Positions 12,256 to 26,698 of a DNA stretch of 64,000 nt are shown one piece after another. The number at the start of each line of letters is the position of its first letter. The first letter of the stretch is position 1. Below the pieces are notes generated by a model. The model was not told the origin of the DNA. It searched no databases and saw only the letters and a program-made list of their open reading frames with translations. Source of the DNA: Camelus ferus (lineage: Eukaryota). Both the position numbers and the translations under genes were made by a program. The DNA lies in NCBI RefSeq assembly GCF_009834535.1, contig NC_045697.1, positions 15,130,001 to 15,194,000 on the forward strand, read 5' to 3'.

Positions 12256-14960
12256 GTATGAAGTATCACTACATAAAGAATTTAGGTAAACTTAACTATA
12301 AAATGTAGTGCTGCCTTTCTGCATATAGTGGAACAACTCATCACTGTACAGTGCCTCCCCTGTGTAAACTCTGTGAGGGTCATTTTATGTCTTCAGTTAT
12401 CTTCAAACCTTGAAAGTTCTAGGAAAACATACAGTATTTTCTTCTCTTGGTCTAAGAACTGCTATTAAATTATTGGATTTAGCATTCAGGTTTATGTTAG
12501 TAAATGTATGTACCTTACACATAAATTTTCCCAGTATTTTTACTCCAGAATGAAGAGACAATGGAGACTTCAAGGTGGACATTAAATATCTGCTGCTCAG
12601 TGAAGAATAAGACAGCACCTTAGCCTCGGTAAAGAGATCCAAAGAGGGTGTGGCACAGCCTGCTTTACAAGAGACCTCAACATACAGGTGGGGTATCAAC
12701 CACATCACAACCAGAAGCCAGAGGAAGGTCTTTGTATTTCTGACTTAGTGTTCTTTCCCTATAGTATCTTTTGAGCTTCCTCTTCTCAGTCCTTACTTCT
12801 TCCTTTTTGGATCTGCTTTGTACACATTTTAGCTTCATAAAAGTTCCTACAAGGTGTCAAAATATTCCATCTCTGTATTTATGTAACCTGATTCAGCATC
12901 CAAACCTGTTAAATCTTGGGCATTTGTTTGACACCTCTGCCTTCCTTCCTAATATTATTGTTAAGGAACTGTAGGTTTCTTTTAAGTCAGTCATTTTCCA
13001 TCAAAACATAGATCCAGAAAATCAGACTTCTTAGTAAATATTTCAGAACTATATCTGAAAAAAATCTCCAACTCCCTTTTTTTCTTAGGCTTCTTGTCAT
13101 AATATTCACACCGTTTATGAATAATAATCTGGAGCTGGTGTTTTAAAGTCTGGCTGAAAAATTGGATATCTCAGATTCACACTTAGAACTCGTCCGTAAA
13201 ATAGCCAATGTAAAAAAGGGCAAGGAAAAACACCAGCTACAAAGCTGGCAAAATGGAATCAGCAATTACCAGTAGACCACTTGAAGAGACAGGAGACATT
13301 CAAAGATGGAATTGCCATCTCTGACCTGTCTTCCTCTGGCAGAGTGGGAGACACAAGCCTTCCACCTACTGACAAATGTGGAGGGTTACCACTTTGGGAC
13401 AAGACCCAGTAATCTTTGCATATCAGAAGTAAACAGATTATACGTATAGCCAAAACAAACAACCTTCCCATGTTGATATTTTATCTTATCTTCTCTATAA
13501 GTAAAAGTAGAAGACACCAAAAAGTACTTTCTTTTGCAATATTTTCCTTCTTCATAATTCTTTCCCCCTTAAAACTGTCAAATATTCATCATTAAATTCT
13601 GACATTATGTTTTTCCTAACCTGTTGATCTCCATTTATTAGCAAAGCATCTGACATGCAGTCAGTGCATAATAAAATATATGAAATTAAATTACTAATTA
13701 ATTCAGGGATCTTCTGTACTTAAAGGGGGAATCATACTTTAAAAGGAAGAAAATAAATTCTAGTCTGAACATTTTTAGGAATAATAAAACAAAAGGAAAT
13801 CTAACACTGGTCCTGCTTTGGCAATATGTGTTCTCTTACTTTAGAGCAAACAAATGCGATACTCAGGTTAAAAGCACACAAATGGAAATAGCCTGATTCC
13901 TATCAAGTTCATTTGCATAAAATCTGCAAACTATACAAGAAGAAGTCTATGGATAACAACATTATTGTCCCATAACTTCATTAATTTTGATGCTTAGATC
14001 CAAAGCAGCTAGGACATCATTATACCATTAGCCTGGAGATGTTTACTTCTCCTTTCAGACTCCTCATGGATAAATAATATGATGGTATTACTGAAATGAC
14101 TTGCTTCTGGGGCAAGCAATGAAGCAGTTGTTCCCTCAATAGCCAGGCTAAACAGCCTTCACATTGTCTCAAAGAAGCCCGTCTTATGATTACTAATAAA
14201 CTGTATTTTAAGGAGCTGAAAAAAATCAGCATATGAGACATCAAATGTGGAAGGGTCTAGGCAGAAAGATGACTTTCTTCGGAGAAGGCAGAAGAGGCTG
14301 AATGATATTTTTGCCAAACAATGGAATGGCCGAGAGCAAAATTTAGGAAAATCATGAGACAGGAATTCAGAAAGCAGGAATATATACATCCAAATGGTCC
14401 CGGGGAACACTGACACTTAATGCCAGTGTTTGAGTGCTATTTCAGGGAAGTTTTTGCTCAGACCCTAAGATTAGATTCAACGTCCCTGATATCAACGTCC
14501 TTTGTTCCTTATGCTTTTACAAATAAATCACTTATCACACTACACTGTGATTGCTTGTTCAGTTGTTTTTTTCCCTCCCCAATTGCCTGCACACTGAGAA
14601 ATCATCCTATTCACCATGGTTCATTTGGTGGCAAGCACATTGCGGGACACAACGTTGATAATCAATCAATGAGAGAATCCTGATTTTGTTAATCATATAT
14701 TAAAACACTGCTATAAAACTCTATGTTCTCTTTGGCAAGGCTGGGGAAAGTCCATTCCTTCATTACCCAGAAGTAAAATCTAATTCCCTCAAGCCACACT
14801 TTCAATATGTCTAAGGAAGAAGGATCTATCTATACACTGGGTTTGGTGCTACATGGTGCCAAAAATATGATAAGCTGATAACTGTTATTTCTCAAATTTG
14901 TTTTTGTCAACACTCTACTCCTGTAGCACACACAAAAAATGAGGCATACGCTGTATTAAA

Positions 14961-15525
14961 AATGCTCATAGCAGCACTATATACAATAGCCAAGACATGG
15001 AAGCAATTTAAATGTCCATCAACAGATGACTGGATAAAGAAATTGTGGTATATTTATACAGTGGAATACTACTTAGCAATAAAAAGAATAAAATAACGCC
15101 ATTTGCAGCAACATGGATGGACCTGGAGATCATCATTCTAAGTGAAGTAAGACAGAAAGAGAAAGAAAAATATCATATATCACTCATATGTGGAATCTAA
15201 AAAAAGAAAAGAGAACATTAATGAACTCATCTACAAAACAAATGCAGGCTCACAGACATAGTAAACAATCTTATGGTTACTGGAGGAAAGGAGGGGAAGG
15301 GATAAATTTGGGAGTCAGATTTGCAAATGTTAAACACTATATATAAAAGTAGATAAAAAACAAATTTCTTCTGTATAGCACAGGGAACTATATTCAGTAT
15401 CTTGTAATACCCTTTTTTGAAAAAGAATATGAAAATGAATATATACATATATATGCATAACTGGGATATTATGCTGTATACCAGATATTGACACATTGTA
15501 ACTGACTATACTTCAATTAAAAAAA
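14961..15525 (+). mobile_element. 5'-truncated L1 (ORF2 C-terminal remnant plus 3'UTR)
   Basis: atagcagcactatatacaatagccaagacatggaagcaa...gcagcaacatggatggacctggag...gtatagcacagggaactatattc...cttcaattaaaaaaa. Confidence 0.93.
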
Positions 15526-15619
15526 TGTTTTTCTTTTTAGTGGTCATTTGCCTTGGTTCAGCATGCTTTGCAAAATGGCAGCCTACACATCCTGAACATA
15601 ACCAAAATAGAGCCAAGGC

Positions 15620-16651
15620 ATTTCCTTCCCAATGCTTTGGTGTCTATGATTCTCTGCTCCTGGTTTTGCTCCTACTTGATGGCCACACCCTCTCAGTCTC
15701 CTAGATTCCAGTCTTTCAAGTCGTAGTCTCGGAACTTCTCTCCTCTGTCTATACTCACCACCCAGGTCAGCTCATCCCAGACAATGCTGACAAATTCCAA
15801 ATATAAATCTCAAGGCTGAGTCTCCTCCCTGAACTCTAGGCTTACACATCAGCATAGCTAAGTATATATGTAGTGGGCATCTCAAAAGTAACTAAAACCA
15901 AACTCCCAATCTTCTCTTGCCTCAAAGCTGTTTCACAGAGTCCTTCCTATCTCTGTGCATGCCAACATCATTTTTCTAGGTGCTCAGGTTAAAACAAAAC
16001 AAAACTTTTTTCGTCTTATTCCATATCTAATCCTTCAGCAAATGATGTTGATTCAACATTCAAAAGTAAAGACCTTCCTACCACTTGCTCCTAACTGCCA
16101 TGTTTTATTCCAAATTTATTACAGTAGCATCTTAACTGGTGTCTCTGCATCTGTCTTTAACACTTATAGTCTACTCTTAAACCACCAGCCACAGTGATTC
16201 TTTTAAAACAAAATCCAGATCAAGCCACATCTCTACTCAAGTCTCTCCCATGACTACCCATCACATTCATAGTAAAGGCAAAATCCTTAAACCACCCACA
16301 CCATTTGCCTCCCATTCCTCTCTGACTACATCTTGCTTACTGGCTCCCTGCTCACTCTGGTTCACACAGAGGTGATGCCCCTTTAAAAACAACAACAACA
16401 ACAACGACAACAAACAAACAAGATCCTTGTTTCAGGGATCTTGCCTCTGCTGCTCCCTCTGCCTGGAATCCTTTCTTAAGGATATGTCTAGGTTTTATTG
16501 TCTTGCCTCCCTCGGATCTCAACTAGGAGTCAACTTTTCAACAAGGCTTTCCCAATCCTATTAATAATGAATCCTTGCACTGCAAACTCTCATCCTCCTT
16601 GTTGCTTTCTTTTATTCCATGGTATATTGCAATATGACACCATGCACGCGT

Positions 16652-16687
<36 letters not shown>

Positions 16688-16855
16688 ATGCTTGGTTCTT
16701 GCATTTATTTATTTGTTGCCAGCCTCTCCCCTCTGGAACCTAAGCTCTGTGAGCCCACAGACTTTTATCTGTGTGCTTGGAGGTATATGCTGAGCACCTC
16801 GTACAGGGCCTAATCCACGTGAGGCCCTCAGTAAACACTTTTTAAATAAATAAAC
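15620..16855 (+). mobile_element. L2 LINE 3' portion
   Basis: ctcctggttttgctcctac...ctctcagtctcct, tccctgaactctag, tgctccctctgcctggaat and a 3' end ctcagtaaacac...aataaataaa are typical L2 segments. Confidence 0.8.
16653..16688. repeat. (CA)n microsatellite
   Basis: Directly visible in the sequence. Confidence 0.95.
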
Positions 16856-19284
16856 AATTGTAGATCTGCATCTGGGATAGGAATTATCTGAGATCTTGGC
16901 TGCCTTTTATTAGTCACACGCTTTCGACCAGCAGCATCTTAATAGCTACGCAAACTTTTAATTTCACTATTAGAGGCACTTCTGCATTTAATTTGCCAGG
17001 CTTAACCTAAATTAGAAAGGAACAAGGAACACACCAGTGACTCCTCAGAAGAGATGCTGCTTTAAACTTTTTGATCCCACTATTAATCTAGGGAATATAA
17101 TTTGTTGAAAGCATATAATTATTCCACCAGCAATTCTTATAGGCAAAGTGTAAGACTTTTGTGATAAGAATTTCACCATGCCCCCTCACATTAATGCAGA
17201 TTAAAGATTTTTATGTTCTATGAAGCCACAAGTACAGCCTTATATAAATTAATTAATTTATTTTAATGAATTAATAAATTAAATAAACACTTACTGCTGT
17301 GAGTAAAGATAAGTAATGGAGAGATTTTTAAAGCAAAAGTATACCTAAGGCTCTTTCCACTGAAAACTGCTGGAAGTATACAGAGAAATCAGAAAGCTTT
17401 GCAAACTTTGATCTTAACCAAGAAACTATTTTAAATGACAGTAGTTTTAATTTATAAATGAAATACATATTTCACACACTAGTAATTTTCTTCTTTCATT
17501 TGAATATTTTATGAAACTGTAAAATATATAAACATATGCATAATATGTGGTGTGCTATAAAAGTTAAGTATTGTTTGAGAAGTATTTAATGTATAAGTTT
17601 AATAAATCATAAAATATATATGGTGTAAGATTCATTGATACAACCATTTTAGAAAACTTTCCATGAAGCTGATACTGCTAGCTTGCTTCCCATCCCTCAG
17701 GACCCCTGCCATTCATAGCCTGATCACCCACGTCTCAAAAACAGTTATTTTATGGTTTTACTTGTCTTTCTCTTGTTTCAGTTGGGACGTAAATCTAGTC
17801 CCTGTTACTCCCTTTTTACTGGGAGCAGATGTCAAAAACATCCAGTCTAAAGATACAGGCATAGGATTATTTCAGAATGAATACAGTAAGTGCCCTCCTA
17901 AAGATCACTGGGCTGTCACACTGAGGAAGGGGGAGTCGGTCCGAGCTCTTAAACACTGGGATGCTCTGCTGCTTCTTAACTCTCCGCTGACATTTGCTGT
18001 TTAGTATCACAATTTATCAAATTAAAATATTTTTCTCTGGACTATAAATTCCTTGGAGAAAAGAATTCTTTGTTGTGTGTAACTTCATGGCCACATAGCA
18101 CAGTGTCGCGACACAGCTGACACTCCTGTGTGTTTAGTAATGAATGAACACAGGCGAAAAAGCAGCTTTTTAGTCAGGTTCAGGTAGAGCCCTCCATCCC
18201 ACCAGTGACAGCAAGATAGCATATTTATCAGTGCCTGAGGTCTCTGCAATGAAGGCTGTGAGACAGGAAGACATTAAGATACCTCAAGGAAAATAAGTAT
18301 CATAGGCAATCAAAAATTAAACACGATATTGGGATGACAGTATGGGCCAAGGAGGTAAAAGGGAGGCACAGAACAGCTGGAGACATTGTCTAGTTACCTG
18401 CTCGGCTGAAATTTTGTTTTGATTCTGATTTGCTCTGAAATTAGCATCTGTTCAGAATCACAAACTTGTAAGTGGAAGGAATAACATATGTCAGCTGGGC
18501 CTTTCTCCTACTCAGTTTAGAAATACATCCCGAGGATGGACGTCAAACTCATGCCTGAATCCCACATGATTGCTGAGAGAGCCTGTCCCACTGTTAGACA
18601 ATATTATTTGTTATAAATCTTCCTTCTAGTATAATCCAACTTCTGCACACGTTAAGAGAAGGTACACACACAGAGTTACTATTTGCAAGAGATGTAGCAG
18701 ATCTCTGTTCATATGTGTAGACACAAAAATATACTTTCAACATGGTGGAAGATGAGGGAAGAGGTAAAGGGAAGGGAGTGAAAAGAGTTGGAAGGAAAAT
18801 GTTGGAAGGATATGAAGAATAGGTTACTGCAACCACAGGCATTTCAGATGGACTAGAAAGTTCAAAGAACATATGGCAAAAATAATGTGCTACCAATGCC
18901 ACGCTCATTCTCATCTCTGTGTTATTCTTGAATCAAGTCATTTTTGATTCCCACACTGGTCCCTCATCCCTGACATCCTAAAGGCTAAAAAGTATAAATG
19001 AACTGATATTCAGAACCCAAAGATGTGAACTATTAGGTCTTTATGGGAACAAGTCTCTAACCAGCAATGCTTCGAATATCCAGGACATAAGTCATGATTA
19101 ACTTAATTATGTGATTCAATACTGTCACCACATCATCATCTTATTCTGTCACAATATAAACACAGACATAAGAATAGATCCGACAGACCTGAACCAGTAC
19201 ACTTCAGAGGCAAGGCCGACCCTAGGACTTAATAAGAAACTCCAGAATCAGGAGTTGTCCAGTTTTCTTTATTTCTTATATATA

Positions 19285-19502
19285 CAGTTGACCCTTGAAC
19301 AATGTAGGGATTAAACGCCTGAGGCCTTGTGCAGTCAAAAATCCATATTTAATTTATAGTCAGCCCTCCATATCTGTAGTTCCTCTGTATCTGCGAATCC
19401 ATGTCTGAAGATTCAACCAACTATAGACCATCAAGGATTATAGTATTTACTACTGAAAAGAAATCTGCATATGTTTTTCAAACCCGTGTTGCTCAATAAT
19501 TG
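19285..19502. mobile_element. Tigger2-related TcMar MITE
   Basis: Left TIR TA|cagttgacccttgaacaa; degenerate right TIR cgtgttgctcaataattg|TA; internal gattcaaccaac. Confidence 0.8.
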
Positions 19503-20820
19503 TATTCCAATAATTCCAATTTTATATATATTTAATATACCCATACTCATATGTATATATGTTATATGTATAAATTTAATTAAATACATTTGGCTATATA
19601 AACTTGGCTTAGTTCTTAGTTATAGCATAAGTTGGTTTTCTTCTTTGGTTTACTATTTTGTAACATATGCAAAATGAATATAATAAAGTAGGATATGAGA
19701 TTGCTTGGAAAATCTACTAGTAAAAAGAATTCTTCTACTTTAACTCAGTTCTATTTATAAATTAGATTATGCCTGAAGACCATTCCGATGCCACATTCTA
19801 GGATGAAATGATGTATTACAGGGAAAATGATGCGAAAACTTATTAAAACAATAGCCTCAGACTTTAAAATACATTTCAAAACATACTAAGTAATTGTTTC
19901 ATCTTTTCTTAGTAACTAAATTCAGTTCCAGAGAAGTGAGAATGAAGAGAAATAATACTCATTGTTACCTATTGTATTCTTTATGGCTACTCTGAAGGTC
20001 TGCATCTTTGAATTTATACTCATAGTAGCCCTAAAATATATAATCCTCCCCAAAGTCAACCTAGCTATTTAACAGCAGGCTAGAGTCAAGCCAGCACTGC
20101 ATCCAAAGCCAGAGCTCAGGAGCATGGTCCCACTCAGTGGCACCTCCCAGAGCTCACCTCTAGGAAGGCTCCTTCCTCTGTTTCCCTGGTTTCACTCCAG
20201 CATTGATCTGGGACTTCCTGCCTTGGCGATTATTGCCTCAATGTAGTCACCTCTCAAAGTGAAGTCAAGGCAAGGAGGACACCGGTGTTGAAAAGTTATA
20301 GCTCATCCACTGGATTCTGCCCAATCTCTGAGCATGACCAGGGTTCAAATCATATGACAGTACACGGGAGAAATCAAATTGAAACAAAAAGTTTTAAAAC
20401 ACCTACCTCCAAATACTCCCAAAACACCACTCTTCTATTTCTATTCTATTTCTACACAATTTCACTTAACCAAAAATACTGAAAACTATATGGATATTAA
20501 CGATAACATGTTTCAAAAGAAAATGGTTAACTTCCAACAGCTGTGCCCTCTCCAGTGATCCAGGGGTCTCAGCCCTGAGAGGGAGGATGCGGCTTCCCTT
20601 GGGTACGCTTATTGCCAGGGACAACGGCCGCTCCTTATAACTGCAATGCACATACTCTCTGTAGTTTTCTTTATTTTTTTATGAGCCAATCCTGATTTTT
20701 ACATCAATCTTGTTATAACAAATAAATTCCCCAGTTCAAATTACTGGGTAGTTTCTGTTTCCTGAGTGAACCTTAATCGATACACACAGTAAACTGAATT
20801 TGGGAAACAGTAGTCCGAAT

Positions 20821-20822
<2 letters not shown>

Positions 20823-20870
<48 letters not shown>
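20823..20870. repeat. (CA)n microsatellite
   Basis: About 24 uninterrupted AC units. Confidence 0.95.
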
Positions 20871-20874
<4 letters not shown>

Positions 20875-22539
20875 TTTACTGGAGGATTTCCCAAAGACTC
20901 TAAAAGTACATCAATATACATTATAAATTTTTAAAATGATAAATTATGCACAGAATTTCACAAACTTCTATTAGTACAGACACTCCCCACCATACACACA
21001 CACACAAGGTAGTGTTCTGTGGGGCATCTCTGGGAACACATCTGTGGGTTTGAACCCACAGTACAGCTGAATGTTAAGTGGTAGGAACCTGAAACCAACG
21101 CATGTTCATGGCAAACAGCAAGTATAGTTTTTATAAGTTTTTACATGCCGGTAGGTCAACGACTTTTCTTTTTATTAGTTTTATCAAAGAGCTATAGAAT
21201 ACTGTTTTCCACATTTTCCTGCCCTTGACTACCTGAGACAACACCTGCTCATGAATATCCATGTATCTCAACAGCCAGGAGAGCAGGAATTCTCAGTCAG
21301 GAGAGTGGAGGCGGGACAACCTCTCCGGGGGCGCAGTAATATCTTGAGAACGGAGAGAAGGGGGAGATTTTATTTCATAGTCTCCATTTGATAATTCCTG
21401 ATTCAGAACGTTTGGGCTTTCCCATAAATGTGTATGACATCCATGGAAAGTTGCAGACATAATCAGATTTTTGACTCCTTGCAGCTTGAGACGGAATCAC
21501 TTGGGAGAAGACCTGGCAGAGGGCTCTGCTTCTAGAAATGTATGACTTACGTAATATGTGTCAGACGCTATCAGAATCCGGGGCTCTGACATGCTGCAGG
21601 ACAGAGCGCTGGTGGAAGCTATTACTACCTTTTATGTATATACGCCAAAATATTGTTAAGGAAATGTAATTATCAGCGGGGAGGTTCATTTATCCAAATT
21701 ATTCTGGGCTACCAAAGAAGCTTGACATGTAAACAATTTAGATAAAGATTCTAATAATCTAGCTATACCAAGGATCTGCAATTTGTCACACGGTGCCCTC
21801 TGAGTCACAGCCTGGTGTCTTTGAAGTATGATTCCAGCTGGATGTACACTGGGAAGACAACTTGAAGCCAGCGTAAAGGTACTGAGTTAATCAAGGTTAA
21901 AAACAAAAGCAGTAAGACAATGAGGTTTTCACCTACTAATTACAAAATAGAACACAATGGCCTTCCTATAATAATGATACAGCGAACTCATTAAAATGGA
22001 AACTGTAGAAGATATGTACGGAGCTTCAGAAAGTCATTTTGAGTTCATTTTACTTGGTATTTGAGGTAGAAGTAAAACAGTCAAAACTTAAATGTTTTCG
22101 TCACTATGATATGACCAGTAATGTGTTAGGTTAAAGGGATATGAATAAAGCTTAAGACACAATTGCTGTTTTTAATAACACCTCATTGGGGAGATGCAAA
22201 AATTTACAGTGGTTATATACAGATTATTTACATAAGAAAATGTCAGAATAAAACTCCAAAAGAACAACAGAATTTTCTAATGCTACAGTCTAGGTCTTGA
22301 GCACACATTTACCTTGAGATGTTTTCTAGAGAAACTGGCATTCACCCAAGGAGCAAAGCCAGGCTTGAAGATACTGCTTTTAAACAGCTGAGGATGTACA
22401 GGTAGGGAGAGTTTAACATCGGAGCAATTGTGTGGAGTGGCTCTTTCTTAATAAAATGAAATGACTTGGCCCCTGCAAATCAGGGTCAGTGGAAAAGAAA
22501 CCGCTGATCTGCTTACTTCGTGAAAAATCTGTCTGGGTG

Positions 22540-23280
22540 AATCCATTATCTCAACTAGCATGTACAGACTTTCTTCTGTGTTCCAAGCACCATGTCAAGC
22601 ACAGAGCATTCATTCCAGAGTGAGACAGGGCCCTTTGCCTTGAGGAGCTCACTGTCCAGCGGAGAACACAGATGGGTAAATGAATAATTAAAATAAAGCT
22701 GATAAAAGCAGTAAGGGGAACAAGTATACAGTGTTGTGTGAGTACAGAGGAAAAGAAGGCACCAAAGGGTGTGCTGGAACCAGCCCCTGAGCGCTTGTGA
22801 GAGCCAACTACAGGATTTTCAGGAATTTTGTAAGCCAGTCACTAAAACCAGCCATTATTAAAAATTAAATTAGACAAACTTTCAATTAAATAAATTATAT
22901 TTAAAACAAAGTTTATAAATACTTGAAACTCAATCTCTTCCTAATTATTTTATTATATCTGATGATTATCTGGGCACTTGAACTCACGTAGTTCCATAGC
23001 ACGCATGTGATGGAGACGCCATATGATGGTGTGCTCCTGGGCATCTATTACCAACTTTGTGCAGTGGCATCAGGTTGGTAGCGTGAGGTTGGCCATGGTG
23101 GGAGTACTTACACCAGGGAATTCAACAAATGGTACCAGAGTTGTTGTTGTTGTTGTTTTTTCCAGCCCACAGATAGCCAGTTATTAAACATGGATACCAC
23201 TGAGCACATCTAACATAGGCCCCTACCTAGTCATGGTCAAGGGGAGATTCCTGGAGAAAGAGAAAGTGAAGTAAAACTCA
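22540..23280 (-). mobile_element. L2 fragment interrupted by MER63
   Basis: ttctgtgttccaagcaccatg...ccctttgccttgaggagctcactgtccag...gtgttgtgtgagtacagagg, resuming gagcacatctaac after the insert. Confidence 0.7.
22766..23202 (+). mobile_element. MER63-like hAT-Blackjack element
   Basis: ggtgtgctggaaccagc...gtgagagccaa...cagccattattaaaaattaaatt...ttattaaacat...accactg. Confidence 0.8.
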
Positions 23281-23387
23281 TCACACACAGAATGATGACC
23301 AGCCCGCACATATAAAGGTCTAAGCTAGAAACATCTTTGAAATTGTCCTAGCTTCTCTCTTCCTATCTCCCCAAACCTAATTACTTG

Positions 23388-23792
23388 CTACCATAGTGAT
23401 TAAGAGTCGTTCATCTAACACTAGTTCTCACTTCCAGAGCCCCTATAGGATTACATTTTGCAGCCCCCTTGAAGTTGAGCACAGCCAAACGACTAGACCT
23501 TGCCAATACGATGTGTACAGAAGTGAAATGGGTGCTTTCCAGATCGAAGCTTTCAGAGACAGTGTGTGATCTGCCCTGTTCGTTTAACACTGATGTGGAA
23601 ACATGGAAGCAGTCACTCTAAGTCCCTGAACGACTTTGAGGAGCAAAGAATATCTGAATGTCCCTCTCTAAATTCCCGCTTGAAATAATTGAATATATTG
23701 CATGAGAAATAAACTTTTGTTGCTTTAAACCACTGATAATACTTGGAGGTTATTCATCATTCCAGCATAACTCAAATCATCCTGACTCATAC
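23388..23792 (+). mobile_element. Old MaLR LTR (MLT1H-K class)
   Basis: cagcccccttgaagttgag...cagaagtga...gagaaataaacttttgttgctttaaaccactga...cctgactcatac. Confidence 0.75.
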
Positions 23793-25889
23793 CACTGCCG
23801 AGTATCATGGATTCTTTGAAATAGTTCCTCCACAGATTGTGCCTCTGTTCACACCGCGGTTAATCTCTCACCTGAACCACTACAATAGCCACCTAACTTC
23901 CCTTCTTGCTGCCCGTCTCAGCATCCTTCAGTCTGTCCTGGACCCAGAGACTTAGGTGCCCCAAACACTGTTCTATGTACACATCTTTAAAATAGTCTCA
24001 TTTTAGAAAAGAGAAACCTAAACAGTTGAAAATGGTATACTCAAAAAGTCCTCATGATCTGTATCCTGATAGTCATGTCCTGATCACACAAAGCTAATCA
24101 GATTCCCAGACAAGCTTCCTGGCATCAGAACACTCAAACCTTGGCCCTTGACATGCTTGTCTCAGTTCCTCCTCTTGACAAACTGATGCTCATACATCCA
24201 GTACTAGTTATCATGTCATTTCATGTGTGAAACCTCAAGCAAACTGGGTGAGTTTTCTGTATTTTTCAAAGGCACTTTGCTTACACTTCTATGATAGCAA
24301 TGATATGACACTCTAAACAATTCTGCACATTTCTCTATCTAGACTCTGCTTTCTGGGACTGGGTTTTGAACCCCCAGGGCTTGACACACAGCGCTTGTTA
24401 AAAGCCTGCAAGAAACAAGTATGAGGAACTAATCTTTGATTTACTAAACATGAACTAGAGCAGAACTTTCCTTTTGGTTTTCTTGATGCTGATTTTAATT
24501 AAGATTGTATCTCAGACTCCTGCCAGAGGTAGGAAAAAAAGTTTAATCATTTACTCCAATCCCTTCACTTGACGGACAGAAACCAAGGTCCACAGATGTC
24601 TGGTGACCTGTGGCCAAGTCAGTAACAAATCCCAAGAGTTTCTCAGGCTGAGGACTTGGCATTTACCTACCTGGAGTGTCATGTCATAGTAAAGAGGTTA
24701 TCCTCATGTGCACAAATCGAAAGTCCACATTCTCACCTTTCACGCCTGAGAAAAATAGTCATTCTTTTGCTAATATTTCTCAATTTGCTTTCATAATCCA
24801 TGCTTCCATACATTGATCTCAGCTAAAATACTTCTTGAAGTGGTCACCCAATGAAAAGGGAAAGCAATTTAAGGTAAATTTTATAATTTCTGAACCCGAA
24901 GAGACCAGAAAAATCAATATGATTTAATTAAGGCCACGTAGCCAACATTTAATTAAGGCCATAGTAGCCAACACAAGATTAAGCTCAAATTTCTCAACGC
25001 CAAGACAAGGTTTCTTCCTCCTATAAAAAGCAGGATTTTATTTTGCTGTTACTTGTGATCATTGTTACCTTCCAGCTCAGGTTCCCATTTCTGTTGCTTA
25101 CAGTAAATAATACAAGTGACATAAATAAAGTTTTCTTATGTAAATACAAATAAAAAGGAAGAAAATGAAGAAAACTACTCTATAAAATCTAAATATCAAA
25201 ATTAATAAAAGGCTAAAAAGGGTTTGAAAGTTAAATCAAACAACTGTATTAATATTTTAGAAGGCATAGGTAAGTATATTCACAAAAATAATTTAAGGAA
25301 TATAAAAAGAGGAGAGAAGAAAAACATGTTATGTTATTTGAAATCTGTGATTTTATTTTTCCTTCTACAACCCACTCATAGGATTTTAAAAGAAACCCTT
25401 ATGCAATTAACATGATCACTTCAGATGAAACAGGAGAGGCAGAGGAATTCAAGCTATCTAAATGAAATGGACCATCCACTCCAGGCAATTAGGCGAGAGG
25501 TAAGAATAAAAGTCTCTAGTTAGCTACATGTTAGAAATAAATGGAAAACTACTGATTTAATAATTAACCGAAACAAAACAGCTCTCAGACTTCTAAGAGG
25601 AGTCCTTCAAACAAAATCTTTTAATTGCTAAGAGGCATCACTGTACAGATTTAATAGCATTGCTCTGGATTTGTGCTTCACTGATGTTTGAGCAATTAAG
25701 AATGTATTTTAGCTTTACACATGCCCTGCTTTTCAAAGTAGTTCTGGTCAAATTAATGCAAGCTTTGACCCTGTTGTCTCTAATTTTTATTTCTCTAATA
25801 ACTCTACCCATTTTTTTAAAAAATTTGTTTCTGTGGATACTCTATTAGATCAAAAAATGCTCTTCTATTATTTCTTTTTATACTTTTAA

Positions 25890-26698
25890 AAATTATTTTT
25901 ATTGTGGTAAGAACATTAAATGTGAGATTTTTAAGTGTACAGCACAGTCTTGTTAACTATAGATTATTATAACAATGTTGTAAAGAAGATTTCTAGAAAT
26001 TTCTCATTTGCATAATTGAAACTTTATACCTGCTGACTATTTCCCCTCCCTCCAGCCACTGACAGCCACCATTCTACTCTCTCTCCCTACAAGGCTGAGT
26101 ATTTTAGATGCCTCATGTAAGAGGAATCATGAGGTGACTGGCTTCTTCTTTTAGTTCCCAGGTTCATCCATGCTGTCATGTCTTGCAATATTTCATTCTT
26201 TCAAAGGACAGTAATATTTCATTGTTTGTGTACATCACATTTTCCTTATCCACTTATCTGTCAATGGACATTTAGTTTGTTTCCGCGTCTTGGCTATTGC
26301 GAATAGTGCTGCAGTGAACATGAGTGCTATTACCTCTTTGAGAAAGTAAACCAGCAACAGAGTGAAAAGGCAACATACAGAGTGGGAGAAAATATTTGCA
26401 AGTCATATATCTAATAAGGAAGGGGTTGATCTGAAAAATATCTAAGGAACTCCTATAACTTATGTTTTAAATAACCCAAGTAAAATATGGGCTAAGGACT
26501 TGAACAGACATTTCTCCAAGGAAGACACACAAATGGTTAATAGTTACAAGAAAAGATGCTCAATGTCAGTAATCCTCAAGGAAGTTAAATCAAAACCACA
26601 ATAAGATATCACCTTACATTTATTAGGAAGGCTAGTATCAAAAAACAAAAGACAATATGTTGGTCAGGATGTGCAGAAACTGGAACCCTCGCCCACTC
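25890..26698 (-). mobile_element. L1MA9-like element with inverted 5' segment
   Basis: 25890-26343 is the reverse complement of an L1 3' end; 26345-26698 is upstream ORF2 sequence in + orientation (agagtgaaaaggcaac...gggagaaaatatttgca...tggaaccct). Confidence 0.85.

Noticed and set aside
13808..13835. Faint resemblance to the U6 snRNA 5' end
   Set aside because: Too short and divergent, and the similarity does not continue.
24922..24972. Short two-copy tandem duplications (also about 4162-4209, 4825-4868 and 6708-6746)
   Set aside because: Ordinary slippage duplications with no spacers; not a CRISPR-like or other array.
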